Shown one piece after another: positions 27,006 to 42,537 of a stretch of 64,000 nt of DNA. The stretch spans positions 280,612,001 to 280,676,000 of the forward strand of contig OZ024742.1 of assembly GCA_964016885.1 (NCBI GenBank). Direction: 5' to 3'. A program made the position numbers and the translations under genes. The notes beneath the pieces were generated by a model. It worked only from the letters and a program-made list of their open reading frames with translations, made no database searches and was not told the origin of the DNA. Within the stretch, counting starts at the first letter, position 1, and every line of letters begins with the position of its first letter. This DNA comes from Eledone cirrhosa (taxonomy: Eukaryota).

Positions 27006-27404
27006 ATTGCTATTGTCGTTGCTATTATTATTAGGTTACACCATGGCACTCAGTAGCTTTGACACAATGGCATACATTGTTATTGCTAGCAGGCACACAC
27101 ACGTACACACACGTGCACACACACACACACACAAGCACACACAGAGATACACACACATACGGAACATACAGGAATAAATAAAAGAGAATATATATATTCA
27201 AATTAAAATAAATATATATGTGTCGCACAGGCTACGTTTTGAATTATAACAGCCCATCCCACATACGCGCACACACACACACTTATAAAACTACGGTGAA
27301 AGATGATCTTAAAGATGACATTATGCAGGAAGCAAAGGGAATACTATTGGGGTTGAGCTGTAGGAGTATCCTTTAGATGGCACCTGTAACAGATGTATAG
27401 AAGA

Positions 27405-27454
<50 letters not shown>

Positions 27455-27458
<4 letters not shown>

Positions 27459-27612
27459 TAAAATAACAGATTAAAGTTTGAGCAAAGAATCGCTACTTTC
27501 ACCCTTAACGGGATCTTCTGAAACTCTTTGATCTACGGTTCTCATATATTTGATGTTTATTTGTCCTTATCGAGCCCTCTTTGGATTTTAGTCTTCAAAT
27601 TTATTATTATTA
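27455..27612. mobile_element. Inverted two-piece insertion of the CAGAAGA-hammerhead family (hammerhead 27475-27525 -)
   Basis: Minus piece 27455-27525 ends at ttttaataaata; plus piece 27528-27612 is the tail that follows that site in the 2495 copy. Confidence 0.8.
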
Positions 27613-27635
27613 CTATATATATATATATATATATA

Positions 27636-27762
27636 TACAAGTTTATCCCGGGTTCAATCGGGGGTAACAACAGTAAGTAAAGTAAAGAACTCAATACAAA
27701 GTAGAGTATAAATATTTAATACAGTAAGGCTTCTACAGAACTGTTTCACTCGGTAGAAATCA
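27636..27762 (-). mobile_element. PLE-type 3' end truncated within its hammerhead; related to 58197-58331
   Basis: Minus strand tgatttctaccgagtGAAACagttctGTAgaagcc...ttgagt..ttacttactgt.gttacc.ccgatt.aacccgg.ataa. Confidence 0.65.
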
Positions 27763-27771
27763 TATATATAT

Positions 27772-27845
<74 letters not shown>

Positions 27846-28798
27846 GCGGTGAATATGGCATGTCTTTGATGAATTTTTTTTTTTTGTATTACTATCATAA
27901 TAGGATCTAATGAATGACCGAGAGAATTTTGACTTCTGCAGGTTGTCGATTGTCAGAGTTGTTAGAACATTAGATAAAATGTCTTGTGGCACGCGTTTCA
28001 CCTCTTGGAGCTCTGTGTTGAAATTCTGCCGAGGTCAAATTTGTCTTACATTTCGATATCGATAACTAAATTACCGGTCTCGTACGTGGATTGATACTTC
28101 TTCTCTTTGTCACTTTCGCTCTCAGTCTCGCTCACATTTATTTTTTAAGGAAATCGGCTATATTCTGACCTGGCGTGGTTAAAAGCCATTGTCAAGGTAG
28201 CGAATTTACGACTCAGTCATGAGTTGAGGACACATACATAGAACGGCGCAAAAGACGGACATGAAAAAATTTGACTTTTATTTGTCCGGGGGTTGGGGAG
28301 TTTAATGAAAATAAACGTCCGTTAAAGAGAGTGTTCTATCTCATCAACTATAATCTCCCCACAAAATATATTCGACTAACGACTAGTGTTCCAGCATGGC
28401 TAAACTGTAATCATGAAAACCAGCAGAAGAGTAAACTTTTGTCATTTTAATCGTATAATTTGATAAAGCATTTAGAAGGATATATATTAAAAAAGAGTTT
28501 AGCAAGTAGATATGGTATGTTCAAACGTTTCTATGAAATTCTCTGACTGTTGAGTGTTTCATTATTTTGAATTAATCATTAGATACGCAATAGTTTCACA
28601 AATATACACACATGCTCGAACGAGTCAGACATATAAGCTTACATGCATAATTGAAAAATAGAAGATAGACTCGTAATATCAACACGTACATACATTTACA
28701 CACAGACATAACTTCATATATTTCATATATATGTACACACTCACGGACAGACACAGACACAGACACACACATACACATATAAATATGAATATATATAT

Positions 28799-28852
<54 letters not shown>

Positions 28853-29367
28853 ATATTTGGGGAGGGTCATATTTGCGTAATATTGCCAGAATTAATAACA
28901 GAACACACTCACTGTTTGGTTGGTTTTCGCTTCTCGCTGTCTTTTATATATATATATCTGCGATCTAACTTACTCGGTCCTCAAAGTTGCCATTGACTGA
29001 CCGGCGGTCAAAAATAATACAGATACAATATAGACAAACACATATATATATAGTTTACATAAATCTTTCGTTGCACATCTGCAACATCGTCAGTGGTGTT
29101 ATATTCATTGCTCCTCCTGTTGTGTTGTATGTCTACGCCATTTTTTTTTGTTCAGTCTGTCTATATATTTATTTATTTATTTGCTTGTTTGTTTATCTTA
29201 TTTTATTTTGTCTTCTTTGCGCATGCGTTTGCGTGTGTGTATAGTGTTATGTGTGATGTGTGACTAGTGTGTATAGTGTTGTGTCTGCTGGGTGACTAGT
29301 GTGTGTTTATGTGCTTGTGTATGTATTTATTTATCTTATTTTATTTTAATTTAATTTACTTATTTAT

Positions 29368-30951
29368 TTATACTTCTCTTAGGTCAGTGTTGTTTGTTTG
29401 GGTGTTGTTGTTGTTCCACTCATTCTTTCTGTTTAGCTTTGGTCTTCTAATTTCTATTTCACTGGCCTCTCTGATTTGCCTATCTGCTGGGTCATTCCTA
29501 TGTTTAGATATTATTCTAATTTCTATGTTGTCTATGTTACCGTCATGATGTTGTCTAGCATGTTCGTATAGTACTGACCCGTTTTTTCGTCCTTTTAGTT
29601 CCCCCCAGTGTTGGTCTATCCTTTCACCTATGCTACGAGCTGTCTCACCTATGTATGTTGTTGTCGTGTTTCTGCAAGTACCCTCTGTACATCTTATGCT
29701 ATAGACTATGTTTCTAGTTTTACAGTTTATCCGGGGGTTCACCTTACATATGATACATTTCCTATTGGTACAGTGGGTTTTCTTAAAAGGGTAGGTTTTG
29801 CTGATCAGGGATTTTATGGTGGTTCCTGGCTTTTCTACCACCTTTATTTTTAAGTGGGTCTTTCTCAGGGCCTTTCTACACTGGTTAGCTAATTTCCCTC
29901 CAGGGGTGGCGTCCACAAACATGACACTCTGATATCTCTGGTTGTCGTACCATGATGTGGCCTTCCCTATCTTATGTCTAGCCCTATCTAAGCTATTCCA
30001 TGATTTGCTCCTGTATAGTGGGCAAATTCCTTTCATGTCCAGTTCTATGAGGGTCTTATACTTTTCCATGGCTCCTTCGTATACTCTGACTCTGTCTCTT
30101 TGGTTGTAGCCAGAGAACTGCATGCGGTTGATGAAGTGTTGGATGTGTCCTTCCATTTCTGTTGGGTCGCACATGCTGGACACATTCTTCATCACTCGTA
30201 CCAAATCTGCGATCAGAATATTAAACTTAGCACTACTGGACATTGCTGAGTTTTTGAGTATCAGGTATTTGGAGGCCATGGGTTTAGCATAGTGTGAGTG
30301 GAGAATTTGGGCTCTCTCGTCTATAGTGTTAATCCAGAGTTCTGTGTCTAATACAGGTAGTCTATTGTTAGGGTGTTTGGAAGGGAAGTCTATAGTTACA
30401 GTTATACTCTGGTGTATGGAATTAGCTATCTGCTGGATGCTTTCCATCGTGCTACGTTCTAAATCAAACTTGTTAGTGCTCTCTAGTGGGGGTGTTCTTA
30501 TAACTATATTGATATCGTCTACATAACGAGAGTACATGATGAGGTCTATGGAGCTTTCATTAAGGAGATCTTTAAGTCTCCTTTCCCACCATACCATGAA
30601 AAGGTTGGCAACATCGCCAGCTATGCTGACGCCGATGGCTGCTCCCTCATTTTGGGTGTAGATTTTCTCATTGAACTTAAATATGTGGCCCTTTAGGGTA
30701 GTTTTGATACTAGCCCCTATTGCATGTGCGACCATTTTTCTTACCTGATCAGTGTTTTGGGGGGTCCGTATAGCTTTGGTCCACCCAATCCACCTTCCTA
30801 TGGGAGTCTTTTTAGCCATTGAGGTTATGGTGGGGGGTCTACCTCTTATAGGTCTACTAGGGCAGAAACATCTAAGGTCATGGCTGTCTAGGTAGTCAGT
30901 GTCGTAGGTAAGTCTAAGTAGGAGGCCCAGTTCGTCTGTGTCGACGTCGCA
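29368..30951 (-). CDS. Inverted 5'-truncated duplicate of the PLE ORF (RT core to GIY-YIG)
   Basis: Protein identical to the 983-aa ORF from FCDVDTDEL to the stop. Confidence 0.9.
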   Translation of the reverse strand, partial: CDVDTDELGLLLRLTYDTDYLDSHDLRCFCPSRPIRGRPPTITSMAKKTPIGRWIGWTKAIRTPQNTDQVRKMVAHAIGASIKTTLKGHIFKFNEKIYTQNEGAAIGVSIAGDVANLFMVWWERRLKDLLNESSIDLIMYSRYVDDINIVIRTPPLESTNKFDLERSTMESIQQIANSIHQSITVTIDFPSKHPNNRLPVLDTELWINTIDERAQILHSHYAKPMASKYLILKNSAMSSSAKFNILIADLVRVMKNVSSMCDPTEMEGHIQHFINRMQFSGYNQRDRVRVYEGAMEKYKTLIELDMKGICPLYRSKSWNSLDRARHKIGKATSWYDNQRYQSVMFVDATPGGKLANQCRKALRKTHLKIKVVEKPGTTIKSLISKTYPFKKTHCTNRKCIICKVNPRINCKTRNIVYSIRCTEGTCRNTTTTYIGETARSIGERIDQHWGELKGRKNGSVLYEHARQHHDGNIDNIEIRIISKHRNDPADRQIREASEIEIRRPKLNRKNEWNNNNTQTNNTDLREV

Positions 30952-30981
30952 AAATTTGCCATCTACAAAAAGATTAATCCT

Positions 30982-33933
30982 ATGGAATGCAAAACGGAGC
31001 TGGAAAAGTGTTTCACAAAAATACGTTGGAATGCAAAGGTAAACAACAACAACAATAATAACGGTAGTAGTAATATAAACAATAACTCTGGGTATAGAAA
31101 TAACAGCCATAACCATAACAATGGCAGGAAAGTGAGAAATAGTGATAATGGTAATAATACTAGCGATAGACAGAACAACAACAACCACAATAATAATAAT
31201 AATAGAAACGTTAACCACAGACACAGCAACAGTGACCACAGTAGTAATAACGGTAACAATACGAACAACAACAACAACAATAACCACAGTGGTAATAATG
31301 GAAATAGTACATGTAGCAACATCAACAAAAACAAGAAACATAATAATAGTAACAACCACAATGGTAGAAATAGCAGTAACAACAACAACAATAACGGTGA
31401 AGTAAACAACAATACATCTAGCAATCATAACAATAGTAATATTAATGCTAAGGATAGAAACAACAACAACCACCATGATAACAATAATAGCAACACACAC
31501 AACTATGACGATAGAAATAACGACAACCCCTTAGAGAAACTATTTTTCAACCCAGCTGACAAAACATATAAGATGGGTAATATCTATCCTACGAGGTTAC
31601 CCTTTAATAAAAGAGTTTGCATACCACAACAAATAGATGACGAGACGGAGGCACAGTTCACCATAGCTAGAAATAAGATTAGACAAGTAGTAGACAGGTA
31701 CACTATGAGACAGAGCAGACCAGAGGCCCAACAACTTGGGATAAAACCTGTAGAAGGCTTGGTTAGCCTCAAGCAGCGCACAAGGGATGGTGAGGTAGTG
31801 TGTCTACCCACAGATAAGTCTGGTAGGATGTCAATAGATAGCATGCCGAACTACATCGAGGCAATGCAACCCCACATCACCAACACGAGCGAAGTTGCAC
31901 AACTAACACACGATGGGAGAGAAAAAATCCTCAACGCTCACATGATGATGTGGACTGACATCCTAAAGCCAAGCAGACGCACTGCCAACAACTTCCAGGC
32001 GTCTAACAATGGCATACCACCCTTGTATGGGCTCCGCAAAGACCACAAGACAGTCGACGACCCGACAATAGGACCACCAACAAGACCTGTATGCGGAGCT
32101 AATATAGCTAGCAACTACAGGATCTCCTACTTCCTCTCAATGGTTATGCGCCCCATAATCAAGATGTCCCCAGATGTATGTGAAAGTACAGAGGAACTCC
32201 TCAGCAGAATCAGTGAGTGCAACAAAAACAGGAGCCTATCCAACTGCATAATAGGCAGCATGGATGTGGTGTCACTGTACCCATCCATTAACATTGATTT
32301 TGCTGTGAAAAGATGTGTGGAGATGATCATTGAGAGTGAGGTGGAGTTCTGCGACGTCGACACAGACGAACTGGGCCTCCTACTTAGACTTACCTACGAC
32401 ACTGACTACCTAGACAGCCATGACCTTAGATGTTTCTGCCCTAGTAGACCTATAAGAGGTAGACCCCCCACCATAACCTCAATGGCTAAAAAGACTCCCA
32501 TAGGAAGGTGGATTGGGTGGACCAAAGCTATACGGACCCCCCAAAACACTGATCAGGTAAGAAAAATGGTCGCACATGCAATAGGGGCTAGTATCAAAAC
32601 TACCCTAAAGGGCCACATATTTAAGTTCAATGAGAAAATCTACACCCAAAATGAGGGAGCAGCCATCGGCGTCAGCATAGCTGGCGATGTTGCCAACCTT
32701 TTCATGGTATGGTGGGAAAGGAGACTTAAAGATCTCCTTAATGAAAGCTCCATAGACCTCATCATGTACTCTCGTTATGTAGACGATATCAATATAGTTA
32801 TAAGAACACCCCCACTAGAGAGCACTAACAAGTTTGATTTAGAACGTAGCACGATGGAAAGCATCCAGCAGATAGCTAATTCCATACACCAGAGTATAAC
32901 TGTAACTATAGACTTCCCTTCCAAACACCCTAACAATAGACTACCTGTATTAGACACAGAACTCTGGATTAACACTATAGACGAGAGAGCCCAAATTCTC
33001 CACTCACACTATGCTAAACCCATGGCCTCCAAATACCTGATACTCAAAAACTCAGCAATGTCCAGTAGTGCTAAGTTTAATATTCTGATCGCAGATTTGG
33101 TACGAGTGATGAAGAATGTGTCCAGCATGTGCGACCCAACAGAAATGGAAGGACACATCCAACACTTCATCAACCGCATGCAGTTCTCTGGCTACAACCA
33201 AAGAGACAGAGTCAGAGTATACGAAGGAGCCATGGAAAAGTATAAGACCCTCATAGAACTGGACATGAAAGGAATTTGCCCACTATACAGGAGCAAATCA
33301 TGGAATAGCTTAGATAGGGCTAGACATAAGATAGGGAAGGCCACATCATGGTACGACAACCAGAGATATCAGAGTGTCATGTTTGTGGACGCCACCCCTG
33401 GAGGGAAATTAGCTAACCAGTGTAGAAAGGCCCTGAGAAAGACCCACTTAAAAATAAAGGTGGTAGAAAAGCCAGGAACCACCATAAAATCCCTGATCAG
33501 CAAAACCTACCCTTTTAAGAAAACCCACTGTACCAATAGGAAATGTATCATATGTAAGGTGAACCCCCGGATAAACTGTAAAACTAGAAACATAGTCTAT
33601 AGCATAAGATGTACAGAGGGTACTTGCAGAAACACGACAACAACATACATAGGTGAGACAGCTCGTAGCATAGGTGAAAGGATAGACCAACACTGGGGGG
33701 AACTAAAAGGACGAAAAAACGGGTCAGTACTATACGAACATGCTAGACAACATCATGACGGTAACATAGACAACATAGAAATTAGAATAATATCTAAACA
33801 TAGGAATGACCCAGCAGATAGGCAAATCAGAGAGGCCAGTGAAATAGAAATTAGAAGACCAAAGCTAAACAGAAAGAATGAGTGGAACAACAACAACACC
33901 CAAACAAACAACACTGACCTAAGAGAAGTATAA
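30982..33933 (+). CDS. PLE polyprotein: Asn-rich N-terminal insert, reverse transcriptase, C-terminal GIY-YIG endonuclease; probably N-truncated at the inversion junction
   Basis: 983 aa uninterrupted: TDKSG, LYGLRKDHK, PTRPV, DVVSLYPSI, QNEGAAIG, RYVDD, LPVLD, CxxxxCxxC, IVYSIRC..YIGETARS..R..H; frame stays open upstream to the junction (KFAIYKKINP). Confidence 0.95.
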   Translation: MECKTELEKCFTKIRWNAKVNNNNNNNGSSNINNNSGYRNNSHNHNNGRKVRNSDNGNNTSDRQNNNNHNNNNNRNVNHRHSNSDHSSNNGNNTNNNNNNNHSGNNGNSTCSNINKNKKHNNSNNHNGRNSSNNNNNNGEVNNNTSSNHNNSNINAKDRNNNNHHDNNNSNTHNYDDRNNDNPLEKLFFNPADKTYKMGNIYPTRLPFNKRVCIPQQIDDETEAQFTIARNKIRQVVDRYTMRQSRPEAQQLGIKPVEGLVSLKQRTRDGEVVCLPTDKSGRMSIDSMPNYIEAMQPHITNTSEVAQLTHDGREKILNAHMMMWTDILKPSRRTANNFQASNNGIPPLYGLRKDHKTVDDPTIGPPTRPVCGANIASNYRISYFLSMVMRPIIKMSPDVCESTEELLSRISECNKNRSLSNCIIGSMDVVSLYPSINIDFAVKRCVEMIIESEVEFCDVDTDELGLLLRLTYDTDYLDSHDLRCFCPSRPIRGRPPTITSMAKKTPIGRWIGWTKAIRTPQNTDQVRKMVAHAIGASIKTTLKGHIFKFNEKIYTQNEGAAIGVSIAGDVANLFMVWWERRLKDLLNESSIDLIMYSRYVDDINIVIRTPPLESTNKFDLERSTMESIQQIANSIHQSITVTIDFPSKHPNNRLPVLDTELWINTIDERAQILHSHYAKPMASKYLILKNSAMSSSAKFNILIADLVRVMKNVSSMCDPTEMEGHIQHFINRMQFSGYNQRDRVRVYEGAMEKYKTLIELDMKGICPLYRSKSWNSLDRARHKIGKATSWYDNQRYQSVMFVDATPGGKLANQCRKALRKTHLKIKVVEKPGTTIKSLISKTYPFKKTHCTNRKCIICKVNPRINCKTRNIVYSIRCTEGTCRNTTTTYIGETARSIGERIDQHWGELKGRKNGSVLYEHARQHHDGNIDNIEIRIISKHRNDPADRQIREASEIEIRRPKLNRKNEWNNNNTQTNNTDLREV

Positions 33934-34494
33934 ATAAATAAGTAAATTAAATTAAAATAAAATAAGATAAATAAATACATACACAAGCACATAAACACAC
34001 ACTAGTCACCCAGCAGACACAACACTATACACACTAGTCACACATCACACATAACACTATACACACACGCAAACGCATGCGCAAAGAAGACAAAATAAAA
34101 TAAGATAAACAAACAAGCAAATAAATAAATAAATATATAGACAGACTGAACAAAAAAAAATGGCGTAGACATACAACACAACAGGAGGAGCAATGAATAT
34201 AACACCACTGACGATGTTGCAGATGTGCAACGAAAGATTTATGTAAACTATATATATATGTGTTTGTCTATATTGTATCTGTATTATTTTTGACCGCCGG
34301 TCAGTCAATGGCAACATTGAGGACCGAGTAAGTTAGATCGCAGATATATATATATAAAAGACAGCGAGAAGCGAAAACCAACCAAACAGTGAGTGTGTTC
34401 TGTTATTAATTCTGGCAATATTACGCAAATATGACCCTCCCCAAATATAACAATATCTGTTTCGACACACGATTTCATATAAAAAACCTCGCAA

Positions 34495-34530
<36 letters not shown>

Positions 34531-34535
<5 letters not shown>

Positions 34536-35150
34536 TTGGAGCTCTGAAATAGCAATATATATATGGATGTATATATAATGTATTTTTCAATACACTTTAT
34601 GCTTAATTAAAAGCATTTTGAAGACCGTATGCTATTGTTTTAGAGTAGTGACAAATTCACTTACTTTAATCTCAGCAAACAGGGGAGATAAGCCGACAAG
34701 GGCCTAGTTTCGCTTTTGTTGAAGCTTATCAAGGCTAACTACCCTCCTGTCTACTGGGATTACTGATGTTATATTCTTATAGAATTCTAGTAAATAATCA
34801 GGAGCTGATTATACATTATATATACATCCATATATATATATTGCTATTTCAGAGCTCCAATTCTAATTTTTAATTTCTGCCTGACCAACAATCGCTCTGT
34901 ATAATCAGCTCCTGATTATTTACTAGAATTCTATAAGAATATAACATCAGTAATCTCAGTAGACAGGAGGGGTAGTTAACCTTGATAAGCTTCAACAAAA
35001 GCGAAACCAGGCCCTTGTCGGCTTTTCTCCCCTGTTTGCTGAGATTAAAGTAAGTGAATTTGTCACTACTCTAAAACAATTGCATACGGTCTTCAAAATG
35101 CTTTTAATTAAGCATAAAGTGTATTGCAAAATACATTATATATACATCCA
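34531..35150. mobile_element. Fold-back insertion whose + arm is a complete 320-bp terminally redundant non-coding unit
   Basis: atacattatatatacatcca at 34811-34830 and 35131-35150; left arm 34531-34815 is an inverted, permuted copy. Confidence 0.88.
34978..35023 (+). ncRNA. Type I hammerhead, C3U/G8A variant (mirror copy 34691-34736 -)
   Basis: A(A/G)CC TTGATAA GCTT-CAACAA-AAGC GAAA C..GGCCCTTG TC GGCT. Confidence 0.7.
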
Positions 35151-35208
35151 TATATATATATGTATACATAAATATATAAATATGTATAAATATGTATATA
35201 TATATATG

Positions 35209-37066
<1,858 letters not shown>

Positions 37067-37078
37067 ATATATATATAT

Positions 37079-37200
37079 AACGGAGGAAATGTAGTAAGGC
37101 ACCAGATGGACCATCACGCACCAAAGTACTCAATACTTAGGGTAGTAGAGTGGGTAATAGGAACAAGTATGACTCCGACAGCAGAGATACCTGTTCCTAT
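37079..37200. mobile_element. Very short fold-back of the 11518 family
   Basis: Tail on minus, then ataggaacaagtat ... atacctgttcctat inverted pair, then (TA)n. Confidence 0.7.
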
Positions 37201-37328
37201 ATATATATATATATACAAAATACATTTTTTCTAATATTGTGTATTTACTCCACTAAACTGTTGAGTGCATTTTATCATTTATAAAAGTTTTTAAGCTTGT
37301 TGTATCCCAACAAATTAAATATAACTTC

Positions 37329-37878
<550 letters not shown>

Positions 37879-37892
37879 AATATATATATATA

Positions 37893-37924
<32 letters not shown>

Positions 37925-38015
37925 AATATATTAGTTTATTATTAATTCTGGCAATATTACACAAATATGACCCTACCCAAGTATATATATACATATTTAT
38001 ATATATTTATATTTT

Positions 38016-38060
<45 letters not shown>

Positions 38061-38066
<6 letters not shown>

Positions 38067-40562
38067 TCAGGTTATCAATAATGTAGTGATAATATATCGT
38101 TACGTTAGAGATGAACAGCGTACGTGCAGGTTTGCTCAACGAGTATAAATTATATTCCGGAGAAATGTAGAAAGGATGAATATAAAATGAAAGTGCTTTT
38201 GTTAAAAAAGGAATTTATTAGGTATTGACATATGTTTCTGTAACAGACCGAATACCTATGTATCGCTGCTTGCGTAATCATATAATGTTAGCAAGTATTC
38301 GATAGCAAATGTATAATCAGTTGTCACTTCTTCAGAGATTTTGGATAAACTGGATAAAATCAGAAAAATTGAAGTATTTATATTAGTAAAAGAGGAAGGA
38401 ACAGAGGGGATAGAATATGACAGATGGTAAAATAATTTACTGCTAAACAAGTATATAATGGGTTTTTAATGAGAATACCATGAGTAAATCTAAATAAGAA
38501 TTTTGGGGGTGCCGATTTTAATCTCTACTTGACCAACTGGACAGTGGACAGGGCTGGTCATTTGGTGCAGTAGTATTAATCATAAAGTGTCAATTGGGGA
38601 AGGGGGAGATTTCGATTGCTACTAAATAACATCAATGCTAGTGGTCAGCTGGTATTTGCTCTAGGGAATTGAATCAAAAAATCAGAAATCTCATTTTATC
38701 TATAGCAGTTTGTATTAAAAGGTAAATAATAGAAGAGTTGATAGAATTAAGACTAATAAAGAATGTTCATATCTATTTTGACAATCAAACGGGGATAGAG
38801 ACAGGCGTTCAATCCTGGTAGTATTTATAATATGAAAATGTAGATTTTAAGCGATGGTTACAGTATAACGATCGCTCTATTCTGTTATTTAATAAAATGT
38901 TTTTGGATTTCATAATACAAAATAATTCTACATTACATAATCTACAAAATTCCTGTCCATTGGAATATGGGGGGGGCAGTCGCTATTATATCCCATTTTA
39001 GGTGAAATTGTTGGTTATTTTCACGCAGCTGCCAAGCCTTGTCTGCGAGTGTTATTACATAACGCTGGTTTTCATGTTTTATCGAATAACGATGTCTATA
39101 AAGGCGTGATTTAAAGGAGGTGGCTGTAGATCCCACATAGTACCACTTCTGTCTATCCGATTCGATAGTACATTTGTATACGATGTTGCGTTCAAGACAC
39201 TGGTTGTTCAACGGACACATTCCTGGTTGGACACAGTTGCAATTACAATTTTGCGTTGTTGTATTGCCATGGATGGGTTGATGAGGTTGCTTATGTAGCA
39301 CAGGATGTTGTTTGTTGTTTTGTGATGTTATAGCTAATGTTTTACGTGTATTGTACAACCCGGTCTATAACAAATCTATTAAAACCAATCTACCCTCAAA
39401 ATTCTTTCGATTAGTTAGAAAACACTTTCCAACATCACATAAATATAATAAAATCTTAAACCCTAACACCATCCGACTTTCATATTCAACCGCCCCTAAT
39501 ATTGAACAACATATAAAAATGCTTAACGCAAAACGGTTGTATAAACGCCTTCCAACACATAACAATACACGTAAAACATTAGCTATAAGTGGTACTATGT
39601 GGGATCTACAGCCACCTCCTTTAAATCACGCCTTTATAGACATCGTTATTCGATAAAACATGAAAACCAGCGTTATGTAACAACACTCGCAGACAAGGCT
39701 TGGCAGCTGCGTGAAAATAACCAACAATTTCACCTAAAATGGGATATAATAGCGACTGCCCCCCCCATATTCCAATGGACAGGAATTTTGTAGATTATGT
39801 AATGTAGAATTATTTTGTATTATGAAATCCAAAAACATTTTATTAAATAACAGAATAGAGCGATCGTTATACTGTAACCATCGCTTAAAATCTACATTTT
39901 CATATTATAAATACTACCAGGATTGAACGCCTGTCTCTATCCCCGTTTGATTGTCAAAATAGATATGAACATTCTTTATTAGTCTTAATTCTATCAACTC
40001 TTCTATTATTTACCTTTTAATACAAACTGCTATAGATAAAATGAGATTTCTGATTTTTTGATTCAATTCCCTAGAGCAAATACCAGCTGACCACTAGCAT
40101 TGATGTTATTTAGTAGCAATCGAAATCTCCCCCTTCCCCAATTGACACTTTATGATTAATACTACTGCACCAAATGACCAGCCCTGTCCACTGTCCAGTT
40201 GGTCAAGTAGAGATTAAAATCGGCACCCCCAAAATTCTTATTTAGATTTACTCATGGTATTCTCATTAAAAACCCATTATATACTTGTTTAGCAGTAAAT
40301 TATTTTACCATCTGTCATATTCTATCCCCTCTGTTCCTTCCTCTTTTACTAATATAAATACTTCAATTTTTCTGATTTTATCCAGTTTATCCAAAATCTC
40401 TGAAGAAGTGACAACTGATTATACATTTGCTATCGAATACTTGCTAACATTATATGATTACGCAAGCAGCGATACATAGGTATTCGGTCTGTTACAGAAA
40501 CATATGTCAATACCTAATAAATTCCTTTTTTAACAAAAGCACTTTCATTTTATATTCATCCT

Positions 40563-40567
<5 letters not shown>
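38061..40567. mobile_element. 2.5-kb fold-back PLE (YRDD lineage, GIY-YIG region plus 3' UTR) in (TA)n
   Basis: 38168-39147 mirrors 39588-40567; CNC..CPL..CLERNIVYKC..YYVGSTATSFKSRLYRH; about 107-nt tail 38061-38167; junction TTGTACAA 39351-39358; related to 59540-60871. Confidence 0.93.
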
Positions 40568-40610
<43 letters not shown>

Positions 40611-40736
40611 ATATTTATATATATATTTATATATATATATATAAATATATATATATTTGTATATATATTTATATATATATATATATTTATATATATATTT
40701 ATATATATATATATATAAATATATATATATTTATAC

Positions 40737-40768
<32 letters not shown>

Positions 40769-40788
40769 ATATAAATATATATATATTT

Positions 40789-41542
<754 letters not shown>

Positions 41543-41554
41543 TATATATATATA

Positions 41555-41683
<129 letters not shown>

Positions 41684-41733
41684 CAAATAACGAAACGAAA
41701 TTAAGTTTCGTTTCGTTTGTAACTCACTTAATT

Positions 41734-41788
<55 letters not shown>

Positions 41789-41884
41789 AAAATATAAATA
41801 TATATAAATATGTATATATATACTTGGGGAGGGCCGTATTTGTGTAATATTGCCAGAATTAATAATAAACTAATTCATCGCCGC

Positions 41885-42046
<162 letters not shown>

Positions 42047-42483
42047 CGTATATATATATGCGTATTTGTATATACATATAAATATATATGCATATATAAA
42101 GGTGTATATATCTATATATGTATGTATATGTAAGTTTATATGTATGTATGTATGTATGATTGTATGTATGCATCTGAGCGTGTGTACGTATGTATGTATG
42201 CATGTGTGTATGTATGAAAGTATTTATCCAATCATCTATGGACGAGTAATGAAAGTTATGTATAAGAACATATAAACATAGTTAGTTTTAGGTTGTAAAG
42301 CCATTAGAATAAAGTGTAGCAGGTGAAAATTTAATTGAAGACATGCTCTGTATGTCTGCTGATGTATTTTCATTGCAACCTCTTATCTAATGTAGGTATA
42401 TCTATGTTATTATCTTATATATGTATATATATATGTGTATATGTATGTAATTATATATGTATGTATATATATATATATGTGTG

Positions 42484-42537
<54 letters not shown>

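Larger units (their letters stand above)
28848..34497. mobile_element. Young Penelope-like retrotransposon insertion, head-to-head fold-back, in (TA)n
   Basis: 28848-30951 is the reverse complement of 32350-34454 with identical encoded protein; 41-nt tail 34457-34497 only on the right arm. Confidence 0.97.

Noticed and set aside
29368-31500. 710-aa minus ORF with a hydrophobic V/I-rich N-terminus resembling a membrane-anchored RT
   Set aside because: N-terminus is the antisense of the Asn-rich repeat fused in frame by the inversion junction near 30952; no evidence of a real gene.
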